Virus record (IMG/VR): IMGVR_UViG_3300046786_000748
Span: 1 to 64,000 of that record
Length of the DNA stretch: 64,000 nucleotides
Strand: one strand, 5' to 3'
Source of the DNA: a virus
Positions 38,783-47,565 of this stretch are shown here, piece by piece; within the stretch, counting starts at the first letter, position 1, and the number at the start of each line of letters is the position of its first letter. The notes under the pieces are model-generated. The model had not been told where the DNA came from, made no database searches, and saw only the letters and a program-made list of their open reading frames with translations. The translations under genes were made by a program, and so were the position numbers.

Positions 38783-40420
38783 ATGGCATTTAACGGATAT
38801 GTTCAAGTTCCACCGGATGGTACCGGAAAAAAAGTAGGCCATGTAATCTTAATAGAATTAGATTACACCGGAGGTACCTTAGATTTTGTATTGGGAGATA
38901 AAGTTGTAGGACAAACATCTGGTGCAGAAGGATATGTTGTTAAAATTGTTGGAACTACTGCTTCCGGAGAACTTTACCTTTCATTAGATTATGAATCTGT
39001 AATCGCATTTACTGTTGGAGAAAATCTTCAAGTAGATTCCGTAACATATGCTCAATCTGATTCAGTAGGTTCTACACTTTATACACCACAAGTGTCTATT
39101 GTTGACCACGAAAATCCGTTTAATGGTGTAAATGTAACAACCGATGGAGAACTTGTAGTTTCTACTGCTGAAGGTCCATTTGGGTTTGATTCTTTTGGAA
39201 ATCTTTCTGTATCACAAGAATCTTATCTAGGTTTGTATAACTATGAATATGGAATTAACATTTATGAACTAAACGCACAAACAAGTTCTCTTGGAATAGG
39301 TGAAACAATTCTCGCTCCTACTACTGTTAATAATCTTGCTTGGTCTGGAGTACAAATGACTAATCCAGCTACAAGCGGTTCTGTGACAAGACTGGAATCT
39401 AATTTATATCACCCGTACAATGCCGGAACAGGACAAAAATGGATAGGATCGATTAATTTTGGAGATACTGGAACAGCAGGAGTAGTAAGACGATGGGGAT
39501 ATTTTGATAACGAAGATGGTTTATTTTTTGAATTAAGTGGTTCAACAATATTGGCAGTAGTTCGTTCATCCGTTCCAAATGGCGTTGTCACCGAAACTAA
39601 AATTCCACAAACAGAATGGAATGTTGATAGATTAAATGGACAAGGTGGGGATAGAAACATAAGTAACATTGATTTAGATGTTTCTAAAGGAAGAGTATAT
39701 TTTATAGATTTTCAGTGGTTAGGCGTGGGCAGAACAAGATGGGGTATTATTGCAAATGGTAAACGAGTAGTTTGTCATCAAACCTATCATGGTGGGATGG
39801 TAGATTATCCATACATGAGATGTGGTACCCTTCCATCAAGAATTGAACAAATAAATTATCTCACCGCCGGCGGACCAACAGTCATGAGAAATTATTCTAT
39901 GGCTGTAATAGCTGCTTCTCGTTTTGATCCACATACATCTCAAGTTCAGGGTCAAACTACAGATTTAACTAAAGTAGTAGATTGGACTGGTTCGTTTAGA
40001 CCATTGATGTCGGTTAAATCAAAACCATTGTTTAATGGAAGAGAAAATAGATCAATCGCTGTTCCAACAAATCTAAACATTTATAGTTCTCATTGTCCAT
40101 TAGTAGTTCAAATTCACAAATGGCCACTTTTAACTGGAGATACTTGGAACGTACCAACATCATCTACTAGCACGTTAATGGGCGATTATACAGCAACAAC
40201 AGCAAGTCAGGGGTCGATTGAAGGAACATTTTTAGTTCCATCAAATGATGTTTGGGAACACGAATTTCCGGAAGAGTGGGATGAGGCTTGGAAAATCTAT
40301 AGAGCAGAAAGTATCGCAAATGAACGATGTGCGTTTACATTAATGGGTAAACTTTTAAATACGACAACCGCTCCATCTTCCAGTGTAACTGTAACGTTAA
40401 ATTGGAAAGAAATCTATTAA
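38783..40420 (+). CDS. Virion structural protein with lectin/ConA-like beta-sandwich (545 aa)
   Basis: RRWGYFDNEDGLFFEL...EWNVDRLNG...FIDFQWLGVGRTRWG segment; F..GD.V.G.TSGA motif shared with the 1362-aa protein. Confidence 0.6.
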   Translation: MAFNGYVQVPPDGTGKKVGHVILIELDYTGGTLDFVLGDKVVGQTSGAEGYVVKIVGTTASGELYLSLDYESVIAFTVGENLQVDSVTYAQSDSVGSTLYTPQVSIVDHENPFNGVNVTTDGELVVSTAEGPFGFDSFGNLSVSQESYLGLYNYEYGINIYELNAQTSSLGIGETILAPTTVNNLAWSGVQMTNPATSGSVTRLESNLYHPYNAGTGQKWIGSINFGDTGTAGVVRRWGYFDNEDGLFFELSGSTILAVVRSSVPNGVVTETKIPQTEWNVDRLNGQGGDRNISNIDLDVSKGRVYFIDFQWLGVGRTRWGIIANGKRVVCHQTYHGGMVDYPYMRCGTLPSRIEQINYLTAGGPTVMRNYSMAVIAASRFDPHTSQVQGQTTDLTKVVDWTGSFRPLMSVKSKPLFNGRENRSIAVPTNLNIYSSHCPLVVQIHKWPLLTGDTWNVPTSSTSTLMGDYTATTASQGSIEGTFLVPSNDVWEHEFPEEWDEAWKIYRAESIANERCAFTLMGKLLNTTTAPSSSVTVTLNWKEIY

Positions 40421-40426
40421 TGTTTC

Positions 40427-40993
40427 ATGTGGACTACATCTTTCTATAATTTTAGAGAATACTGGAATCTTCGTCACAAAGTAACATTTGATGGAGATAA
40501 CCGATTAATTATAATTAATTATGGAGAAACAGACGTTGATATAGGAATCGATGTTTATTCTGATTGGAAAGAATGGGCTTTAATCTATGATTATTCAAAG
40601 TATCCTGTAGCAATGTCAGCTATCGGTGGCGAACCTATTGGTGGAGGACAATACGTAGGTTCAACTTATTTCTTGGAAAATGGTTGGAGAATTAAACCGT
40701 GGGAAGGTAGTCACAACTTATCGGTTGTTGGTAATGTTTATACAAGAGAAGAAGGCGATTCGCCGTTTGTAAACACCGATGGGCTTTGGAAGATAAATAT
40801 CATTAATAAAGTATCTTCTATCGTAAGTACTGTTCAGGTATCTACAACAGATACAGGTTCAATCCCAACCGCTGAACAAATTGCAGCTGCTGTCTGGAAT
40901 AAGTTAATTCCAAACAATCCAGATACAGGATCTTATGGAGAACATGTTGCCGGAAGGTTACTAACTATTGCCCATTATTTAGGAATGAAATAA
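40427..40993 (+). CDS. Virion structural protein (188 aa)
   Basis: KVTFDGDNRLII...DVYSDWKEWA...YFLENGWRIKP; similar to the N-terminus of the 460-aa protein. Confidence 0.6.
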   Translation: MWTTSFYNFREYWNLRHKVTFDGDNRLIIINYGETDVDIGIDVYSDWKEWALIYDYSKYPVAMSAIGGEPIGGGQYVGSTYFLENGWRIKPWEGSHNLSVVGNVYTREEGDSPFVNTDGLWKINIINKVSSIVSTVQVSTTDTGSIPTAEQIAAAVWNKLIPNNPDTGSYGEHVAGRLLTIAHYLGMK

Positions 40994-41005
40994 GACAATT
41001 TTTCA

Positions 41006-41013
41006 TATTTATA
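41006..41013 (+). promoter_or_regulatory. TATTTATA late-promoter-like motif
   Basis: Ends 4 nt before ATG 41018. Confidence 0.6.
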
Positions 41014-41017
41014 TCAT

Positions 41018-43570
41018 ATGGCAGTCGTCTATTATCCAAAACAATCTATAGTTCTTAAAAGAGACACGGTTAGTGCATCTTTTGAACAAGTTGTTTTAAA
41101 TACCACACCAAATACAATTCTCTATTTTGGTTCCGGTTCTCTCTCTGAAATATCCGGCTCTACAATTTACATTACTTCTAGTCACGCCCTAACTGCATCT
41201 TATCTCATGGGGTTTATAGAATCCGCTTCATTTGCTTCATTCGCTTTAAGTGCCTCATGGGCTCCTTCAGTTCAAAGCGAAGGTTCTGTTTCGTCATCGT
41301 GGGCTAGTTCAAGTTTATCAGCAAGTTATGCTACACTTGCTTTGAACTCCATCAATGGAAGCGTATCCGCTTCTTATGCTTTAACTGCATCATACTCGTC
41401 GAATGCCTCTTCGGAATCTTCTAGTTACGCACTTACAGCAAGTTATGCTTTAAATGGCGGTTCTGGTGGAACAACACTAACAACGGGTTCTTTTTATCCA
41501 ATAACTTCAAGTTGGTCGGTTTCAGCAAGTTGGGCTCCTAGTTCTCAAACAGTTGCATCTGTATCATCATCTTGGGCTAGTAGTTCACTGAGTTCTAGCT
41601 ATGCTATTTTAGCTTTAAACGTAATTAATGGTAACGTTTCTGCATCTTATGCGTTATCAGCATCCTATGCACCAAGTTCTCCATCTGTTTCTGCTTCATA
41701 TGCTTTAAGTTCTTCATATGCACCATTCACACAAGTTTATCAATCCAACACAACATCGGCAAGTTGGGCTAGCAGTTCTTTAACAGCAAGTTATTTACCT
41801 CCTGGAAATTATGCAATAACTTCTTCATGGACGACAAATTTACCACCCCATACTGCTTCATGGGCAGGGAATGCAATAGTTTCAAATACAAGTTTATATG
41901 CTTCTCAATCTCAGTGGTCAATTTCTTCAAGCTATTCTTCTGGTTCTACTACAGCAGTAACAGCTACAAACCTCGGATTAACAGCTTATAATATTTCTGT
42001 AACCTTTGCTTCTCAAAGTCAATTAGCTATCACTTCATCGTGGGCAAGCAGTTCACTATCTTCATCATTTGCTATAAGTGCAAGTTATTCTGCATATCTC
42101 TATTACAATGTAACGCAATCTTTAACTCTTATAAGTTCAGCTTCGTGGGCTTCAGCAAGCTTAAGTTCAAGTTACTTAACTCCAGGAACATATCAAATAA
42201 CTTCGTCCTGGGTTACAAACCTTCCTGCTCATACAGCTTCTTGGGCTGGTAATGCGAACGTTGCTAATACAAGTTTATATGCTTCTCAATCCAACTGGGC
42301 TATATCTTCCAGTTATGCTTCAGGATCTACAACGTCAGTAACTGCAACTAATCTAGGGTTAACTGCTTATAACATAAGCGTAACTTATGCTTCGCAATCA
42401 AGATGGGCTATATCAGCAAGTTGGGCTTCAAGTTCACTTACATCAAGCCACTTGCCTCCTGGAACTTATCAAATAACTTCTTCTTGGGCTGGAAATTCAA
42501 TAGTATCAAATACTTCTTTGTTTGCTTCACAATCACAATGGTCAGTTTCATCTTCGTATGCTACGAGTTCAACCAGATCCGACGTAAGTTTAGTTCAAAA
42601 TACAGGATCTAATGATACGTCATATTTGACGTTTGTTTTAAATACAGGAAGTTATCAGAACAACTACGTCACAACATCAATAACTGTTAATGCTGGATTG
42701 GGCAGATTAACTGCCACAAGTTTTACAGGAAGTCATTTCGGAAATACAATAGGAACGTCAAGTTGGTCAGTTTCAGCTTCATGGGCTCCATCAAACGGTG
42801 TTGTAAGTTCAGCTTCGTGGTCTTCAGCAAGCTTAAGTTCAAGTTACTTAACTCCAGGAATTTATTCAATAACTTCATCGTGGGTAGTTAATTTGCCTGC
42901 TCATACAGCTTCATGGGCAGGAAACGCAATAGTTTCAAATACAAGTTTATACTCTTCACAATCTCAGTGGAGTATATCTGCTTCATATGCTTCAAGTTCA
43001 ACAATTGCTAATACAGCTACAACAGCTACTAATCTTGGATTAACATCTTATAATATTTCTGTCATTCACGCTTCGCAATCTCATTGGGCTACTTCAGCAA
43101 GTTATGCATCAAGTTCAACATCCGCTTCTTATGCTACACTTGCTCTCAATGTATTGAACGGAGGAGTTTCTTCATCATACGCATTATCTGCAAGTTATGC
43201 TCTTAATGGTGGTGGTGGACCAAGCATTTCTTCATCATACGCATCTACTTCTAGTTGGGCAAGTAATTTAGTAATAACATCTTCCGCACAAACTACCGGA
43301 AGTTACATCTTAGTTAGCGATGATAATGGTAAAGTAATTACATTCCAAAATGCTACAACTAATAGCATTGTTATTCCAGCTTCATTACCAACGAATTTTA
43401 ACTGTTTTTTGGTATCAGTATCTACCAGCAGTGTACAAGTTACTGGATCTGGTGGTATTCAACTTAATAATGCTAATAACTGTTTCAAGTTAAGTGGAAG
43501 ATATTCAGCCGCTTCCATTGTTGGATACTTGCCAGAAAAATACATTCTATTTGGTGATGTTTCTTTATGA
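41018..43570 (+). CDS. Ser-rich tail fibre shaft with C-terminal adaptor domain (850 aa)
   Basis: Same SASWA/TASYA and YASQSQW repeats as the giant proteins; C-terminal YILVSDDNGKVI...YILFGDV domain typical of fibre ends that bind a separate tip protein. Confidence 0.7.
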   Translation: MAVVYYPKQSIVLKRDTVSASFEQVVLNTTPNTILYFGSGSLSEISGSTIYITSSHALTASYLMGFIESASFASFALSASWAPSVQSEGSVSSSWASSSLSASYATLALNSINGSVSASYALTASYSSNASSESSSYALTASYALNGGSGGTTLTTGSFYPITSSWSVSASWAPSSQTVASVSSSWASSSLSSSYAILALNVINGNVSASYALSASYAPSSPSVSASYALSSSYAPFTQVYQSNTTSASWASSSLTASYLPPGNYAITSSWTTNLPPHTASWAGNAIVSNTSLYASQSQWSISSSYSSGSTTAVTATNLGLTAYNISVTFASQSQLAITSSWASSSLSSSFAISASYSAYLYYNVTQSLTLISSASWASASLSSSYLTPGTYQITSSWVTNLPAHTASWAGNANVANTSLYASQSNWAISSSYASGSTTSVTATNLGLTAYNISVTYASQSRWAISASWASSSLTSSHLPPGTYQITSSWAGNSIVSNTSLFASQSQWSVSSSYATSSTRSDVSLVQNTGSNDTSYLTFVLNTGSYQNNYVTTSITVNAGLGRLTATSFTGSHFGNTIGTSSWSVSASWAPSNGVVSSASWSSASLSSSYLTPGIYSITSSWVVNLPAHTASWAGNAIVSNTSLYSSQSQWSISASYASSSTIANTATTATNLGLTSYNISVIHASQSHWATSASYASSSTSASYATLALNVLNGGVSSSYALSASYALNGGGGPSISSSYASTSSWASNLVITSSAQTTGSYILVSDDNGKVITFQNATTNSIVIPASLPTNFNCFLVSVSTSSVQVTGSGGIQLNNANNCFKLSGRYSAASIVGYLPEKYILFGDVSL

Positions 43571-44796
43571 TCAACCACGGTTCAATTACTGCTTACTTAG
43601 ATCCAGATGCCGCTAAAATTAGAAATGATGTATTAGCGGCAAGTGGTTCTGTTTCTAATTTCGGTGAATTAAATACTGCTTGGAAAAATTTGAATAGATG
43701 TTTGAATTTGAGTTCGTCCGTTGAAAAATATGTAGCAACAACTACAAATGGATATGAATTTCTTGCCGCATTAAGCCAAAGTATATTAGCTATTACAACT
43801 TCTGATAGAATAGATACACAAATAACAAGCAGTGTTGGTAGTGGTGGTGGAAGTTCTACTTTACGTCCTATCTTGTGTCCAGATGGTACTATCTATTGTC
43901 CACCTTACGGTGCTACTAATGCTGGATATTATTATTTACCTGATACCAATCAATTCTTTACGGCTTCTGGTCAAGCAGCCGTAGCTGCTAATCAATATGT
44001 AAGTGCCGTGTTACAGCCAGATGGAAAAGTATTTTGTGTTCCTTATTCGATGACAGCAAGTCGTGTATTTGATCCAGCAACTAAATCGGTTGTGTTTAAA
44101 GGTAAGTTCGCTGGTGGTGGACAATTTGCTGGTGGTGTTCAACTACCAAACGGTAAAATATTTTGCAATCCGTATAATGGCACAAGAGCAATTATATGGG
44201 ACCCATTAACCGAAACTTCCAGTTCTTCCGATGGTTTAACTTATTCTGGCAGTGCTGCGTCACATGGTTGTGTATTGGCGGCAAATGGTAAAGTATATTC
44301 AATTCCATTTAACGCAACTAAAGTATATGTTTATGACTATAGAACAAATTTAACAACTACTGGAAGTGGAACATATGCTGGTAGTCAGGCATTTTTAAGC
44401 GGTGTATTATTACCTAATGGTAAAATATTTTTCCATCCTTGGCTTTCAACATCAGCAAGAATATATGATCCAGAAACGGATATAGTGACTACACCAGCAC
44501 CAACATTTCCGGGAACCAGCGGATATCTTGGCAGTGTGTTAATGCTTGATGGAAGAGTTATATTAATTCCATCTAATCAATTAAGGCCCGGTTTTTATAA
44601 TTACACAACAGATACTTATTCAACTGGTTCGGTAGCTTGGCACGCTGGGACATTTGGTTTTTATAGTGGTGCGTTAATGAAGAATGGAAAAATATTTGCT
44701 TGTGGTTATAATCATGTACGAAACGAAATTTTTACACCAAATTATGTTAGTGCATCAAGCACACTAGCATTATCAACATTTTTAAACAAAGCCTAA
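43567..44796 (+). CDS. Seven-bladed beta-propeller protein, candidate receptor-binding tip
   Basis: Seven ~42-aa repeats of L.P(D/N)GK(I/V)(F/Y)..P(Y/F)......(Y/F)DP.T; ATGA-coupled to the 850-aa fibre. Confidence 0.7.
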   Translation: MINHGSITAYLDPDAAKIRNDVLAASGSVSNFGELNTAWKNLNRCLNLSSSVEKYVATTTNGYEFLAALSQSILAITTSDRIDTQITSSVGSGGGSSTLRPILCPDGTIYCPPYGATNAGYYYLPDTNQFFTASGQAAVAANQYVSAVLQPDGKVFCVPYSMTASRVFDPATKSVVFKGKFAGGGQFAGGVQLPNGKIFCNPYNGTRAIIWDPLTETSSSSDGLTYSGSAASHGCVLAANGKVYSIPFNATKVYVYDYRTNLTTTGSGTYAGSQAFLSGVLLPNGKIFFHPWLSTSARIYDPETDIVTTPAPTFPGTSGYLGSVLMLDGRVILIPSNQLRPGFYNYTTDTYSTGSVAWHAGTFGFYSGALMKNGKIFACGYNHVRNEIFTPNYVSASSTLALSTFLNKA

Positions 44797-44802
44797 TCTA
44801 TT

Positions 44803-45285
44803 ATGAATGTATTTGTATTTGACAACTATTTGGAATATGTTTCACCAGCAGACGGTGTAACGGTATTGCGACATATGTTATTGGAACTGCCTAGTTTTAA
44901 AGATCATACAATTTTATATGATTTCACTTATAGTGATTTGGCACCGGAACAAAAAGCAATCCTACATGAAAGCGGTGATCCAGTTGCTGTAAGATTGCTA
45001 AATAACTTGCCAGCAAGAAGTAAAGAAGAACTAAGGAAATTAATGATAGTCACTCCTGCTCAGTTAAGGTTGGCATTACTTCAATCAGGCATTTTACCAT
45101 CCCAAATCACCGATGTAATCAGTCAATTGCCTGATGCTGCGCAACGTGAGACTGTCGGTATTCTTTGGGAATATGCCACACAGTTTGAAAGAAATCATCC
45201 GTTTGTTGCTCAAATTGGAATTATGTTTGGTAAGACGGAAGAAGAAATTGACCAGATTTTCACAGTCGCTAAGACACTGAACTAA
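44803..45285 (+). CDS. Putative tail fibre assembly/chaperone-like protein
   Basis: VTPAQLRLALLQSG...WEYATQFERNHPFV....LFGKTEEEIDQIF-type motif commonly found downstream of phage fibre genes. Confidence 0.55.
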   Translation: MNVFVFDNYLEYVSPADGVTVLRHMLLELPSFKDHTILYDFTYSDLAPEQKAILHESGDPVAVRLLNNLPARSKEELRKLMIVTPAQLRLALLQSGILPSQITDVISQLPDAAQRETVGILWEYATQFERNHPFVAQIGIMFGKTEEEIDQIFTVAKTLN

Positions 45286-45306
45286 CTATTTATATCTATA
45301 CACTTT

Positions 45307-46185
45307 TTAAACTCTTGGTGTAAAATTAACAGGGTCATAAATAGCTGTCATTTCTTTAATAAACGGTTTCATTACTTCATCTTTTAATGCTTCCTGAAAA
45401 CAGTCTTCCCAAGATTTTACTTTTGGATTTCCAATCTCGTTTAATTCAGGATTGTTATGAATTTCCCTAGCTTTTGAAGCCCATTTGGAAGCAGCCTGTG
45501 TTCTCCACTTGTCTTTATCACCACTCTTTTTGTTTCTAAAAGTCAATTCAAAAGATAATTGTTTACCATTCTCAAATATAGCAGAAATTGATTGACTTCC
45601 TTCATGTACAAACCACCCATCTCCCTGTCTAAAACTTTCATTAATTGGTGCTGTTTCCTGAGTTTCCCTAGACATCCCCTTCCAATCAGAATGGTCTACA
45701 CCCCAGTTTTTAACATAAGGTTTCATTCTTTCACTACTTAATGCTTCGACAAAACATTCTTTCCAAGATTTTCTTTTGAAATAAGGATCATTTGGATCTG
45801 TTGGACGAATTCTTGAGTTGTGTAGTCTATGAATCTTTTGAGTTTCAATCATCCACCTTCTAACCGCCTTTTTACCCCACTCTTGTATCTTTCTAAACTC
45901 CGGTCTGTAAGGACCAATAGAATTACCAACCAATTCTCCAAGTTCTTGTGGATATTGAACTTCAAACCAAATTCTTGCTTGTTCTCGGTGATATCCCTCA
46001 GGACCTATGTAAACACAAGCACCTGTAGTTCCACTTTCCCAATCATTTGCTCCTTGATAAGCAGACCAACCATTCCCCTGTTCAAACATATCAAAATTTT
46101 CAGGAACACGAAATGGTTTGGCGTCTTTAGACGACACAAACCCAGGAACATAGAGTTCTTCTAAAAGGTGTTTTAAGTGAATCAT
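45307..46185 (-). CDS. Hypothetical protein with two tandem homologous domains, candidate internal head protein
   Basis: MIHLKHLLEE leader; G.GW...G ... SW(K/E).CF.EAL....MKP(Y/F).K occurs twice; ends IYDPVNFTPRV. Confidence 0.7.
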   Translation of the reverse strand: MIHLKHLLEELYVPGFVSSKDAKPFRVPENFDMFEQGNGWSAYQGANDWESGTTGACVYIGPEGYHREQARIWFEVQYPQELGELVGNSIGPYRPEFRKIQEWGKKAVRRWMIETQKIHRLHNSRIRPTDPNDPYFKRKSWKECFVEALSSERMKPYVKNWGVDHSDWKGMSRETQETAPINESFRQGDGWFVHEGSQSISAIFENGKQLSFELTFRNKKSGDKDKWRTQAASKWASKAREIHNNPELNEIGNPKVKSWEDCFQEALKDEVMKPFIKEMTAIYDPVNFTPRV

Positions 46186-46186
46186 A

Positions 46187-46990
46187 TCAAATTATAAATA
46201 TCGGATTCTTATTACAAAACTCGTCTAATGCTTTGAATAATTCAACATTATTAGCCCACTCCTTAAGTGGTTTCTGTTCATCTTCCGGATTTTCATCCGA
46301 AACAACAGGTTCTTCTTCTGGCTCTTGTGGAGTTTGCATCGGATCATCAACAGGTTTTGTAGCTACTGTAGGTTCTAGTTCTGGCTCAGGAGTTTGAGTT
46401 GGATCAATCGGTTTTTCCAATTCTGGCTCAGGTTCTTCTGGTGGTAATTTTTCCTTGGGAGGAGTTGTTGGAACAGCCACAGGAGTTTGATTGGGTGGTT
46501 GTGTTGGGTCGGGAGAAGGAACAGGTTCGCCTTCAATATTAGTTCTTAAATACTCTTTTAAAGCAATAAGATGTTTACAAAGACCAGGACCACGGTTAAT
46601 AGAAGATGGATAGTTCAATCCTTTGTTCAAACTACCAGGACCGTTTTCACCTGCGTCTTGTTGTTTATTAGCATAACTAAATCTAAACCTATAATCAGGA
46701 CAACTGCAATCAACTGAACAAGGAACTTTCATTGCGTTATCGCCAGGATTCATTTCTTCTTTGTAAAAATAAATAAACCCTTGGTGTCTCAATCCCGTAG
46801 TATTTTCGTCTCTAGGAGTTTTATAAGAAAATTTCCAAGCCTCTCTGTCGTTTATAGATTTAGCTACAAGAGATTTTGCTGGGATTCTATTCGCTCTGTC
46901 TTTTCTAGCAGAATCAGAAGCACGCATGAGATCTTCATAAGACATTTTCTCAACAAGCATTTCTGAAATTAATGAACGAAGTTTAATCAT
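46187..46990 (-). CDS. SWIM-type zinc-finger protein with Pro/Glu-rich tail
   Basis: VDCSCPDY...GLCKHL (CxC...CxH); MIKLRSLISE leader. Confidence 0.7.
   Translation of the reverse strand: MIKLRSLISEMLVEKMSYEDLMRASDSARKDRANRIPAKSLVAKSINDREAWKFSYKTPRDENTTGLRHQGFIYFYKEEMNPGDNAMKVPCSVDCSCPDYRFRFSYANKQQDAGENGPGSLNKGLNYPSSINRGPGLCKHLIALKEYLRTNIEGEPVPSPDPTQPPNQTPVAVPTTPPKEKLPPEEPEPELEKPIDPTQTPEPELEPTVATKPVDDPMQTPQEPEEEPVVSDENPEDEQKPLKEWANNVELFKALDEFCNKNPIFII
46193..46200 (-). promoter_or_regulatory. TATTTATA late-promoter-like motif
   Basis: Embedded in the last codons of the SWIM gene, 7 nt before ATG 46185. Confidence 0.55.
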
Positions 46991-46991
46991 A

Positions 46992-47549
46992 TTAGTTGAA
47001 TCCCAATCTCATAACCATCGTTGTTAAAATTGGACATTGAAATTTGTTTTTATCATAATACATCCATTCAATAGTACCTTCACTATCAAACTTAGAACCA
47101 TCTCCTGTTTTTTTAGAAGGTTCTTTATCACCAACATCAACTGCGTATAAATAATAAATAGTATCTGTTGATTTAGTACCTCTACAAGTTCCCAATGATT
47201 TCAAATCTTTCTCTTTTACTTCATATCCACTTTCTTCTTTAATTTCTTTTACAGCAGTTTCTTCAGGAGACATGCCTTTTTCACAACCACCTGTCAAAGC
47301 AGATAAGTTCTTTTCTTTCCCCCAAGCAGGAGTAACTTCTTTTCTAACCCCATATTCCCACGCATCCCTACCTTTTCTTCTATACAATAAAACCCCTACT
47401 ATTTTACCCTGACAACGTTCTTCGTGGAGATAAAAATAACCATCTTCGTCTTTAACAAGTTTAATTTTTTTAATGGAAATCCACTCGTTTTCATAAACGG
47501 TTTCTTCTTTTTTATTTCCTTCACAGAGAAGATGTTTTAACTTAATCAT
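46992..47549 (-). CDS. Nudix hydrolase
   Basis: Slightly degenerate Nudix box GGCEKGMSPEETAVKEIKEESGY; MIKLKHLLCE leader. Confidence 0.8.
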   Translation of the reverse strand: MIKLKHLLCEGNKKEETVYENEWISIKKIKLVKDEDGYFYLHEERCQGKIVGVLLYRRKGRDAWEYGVRKEVTPAWGKEKNLSALTGGCEKGMSPEETAVKEIKEESGYEVKEKDLKSLGTCRGTKSTDTIYYLYAVDVGDKEPSKKTGDGSKFDSEGTIEWMYYDKNKFQCPILTTMVMRLGFN

Positions 47550-47557
47550 AAATCAAA

Positions 47558-47565
47558 TATAAATA
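47558..47565 (-). promoter_or_regulatory. TATTTATA late-promoter-like motif
   Basis: 8 nt before ATG 47549, abutting the stop codon of the GIY-YIG gene. Confidence 0.6.

Noticed and set aside
43567-44796. Eukaryotic giant-virus origin suggested by the propeller repeats and TATA-like motifs
   Set aside because: T4-like portal, protease, capsid and neck genes, overlapping operons and Rho-independent terminators indicate a bacteriophage
45287-45294. TATTTATA on the + strand between convergent genes
   Set aside because: No + strand gene follows; may be chance in AT-rich DNA or a relic, so not called as a promoter
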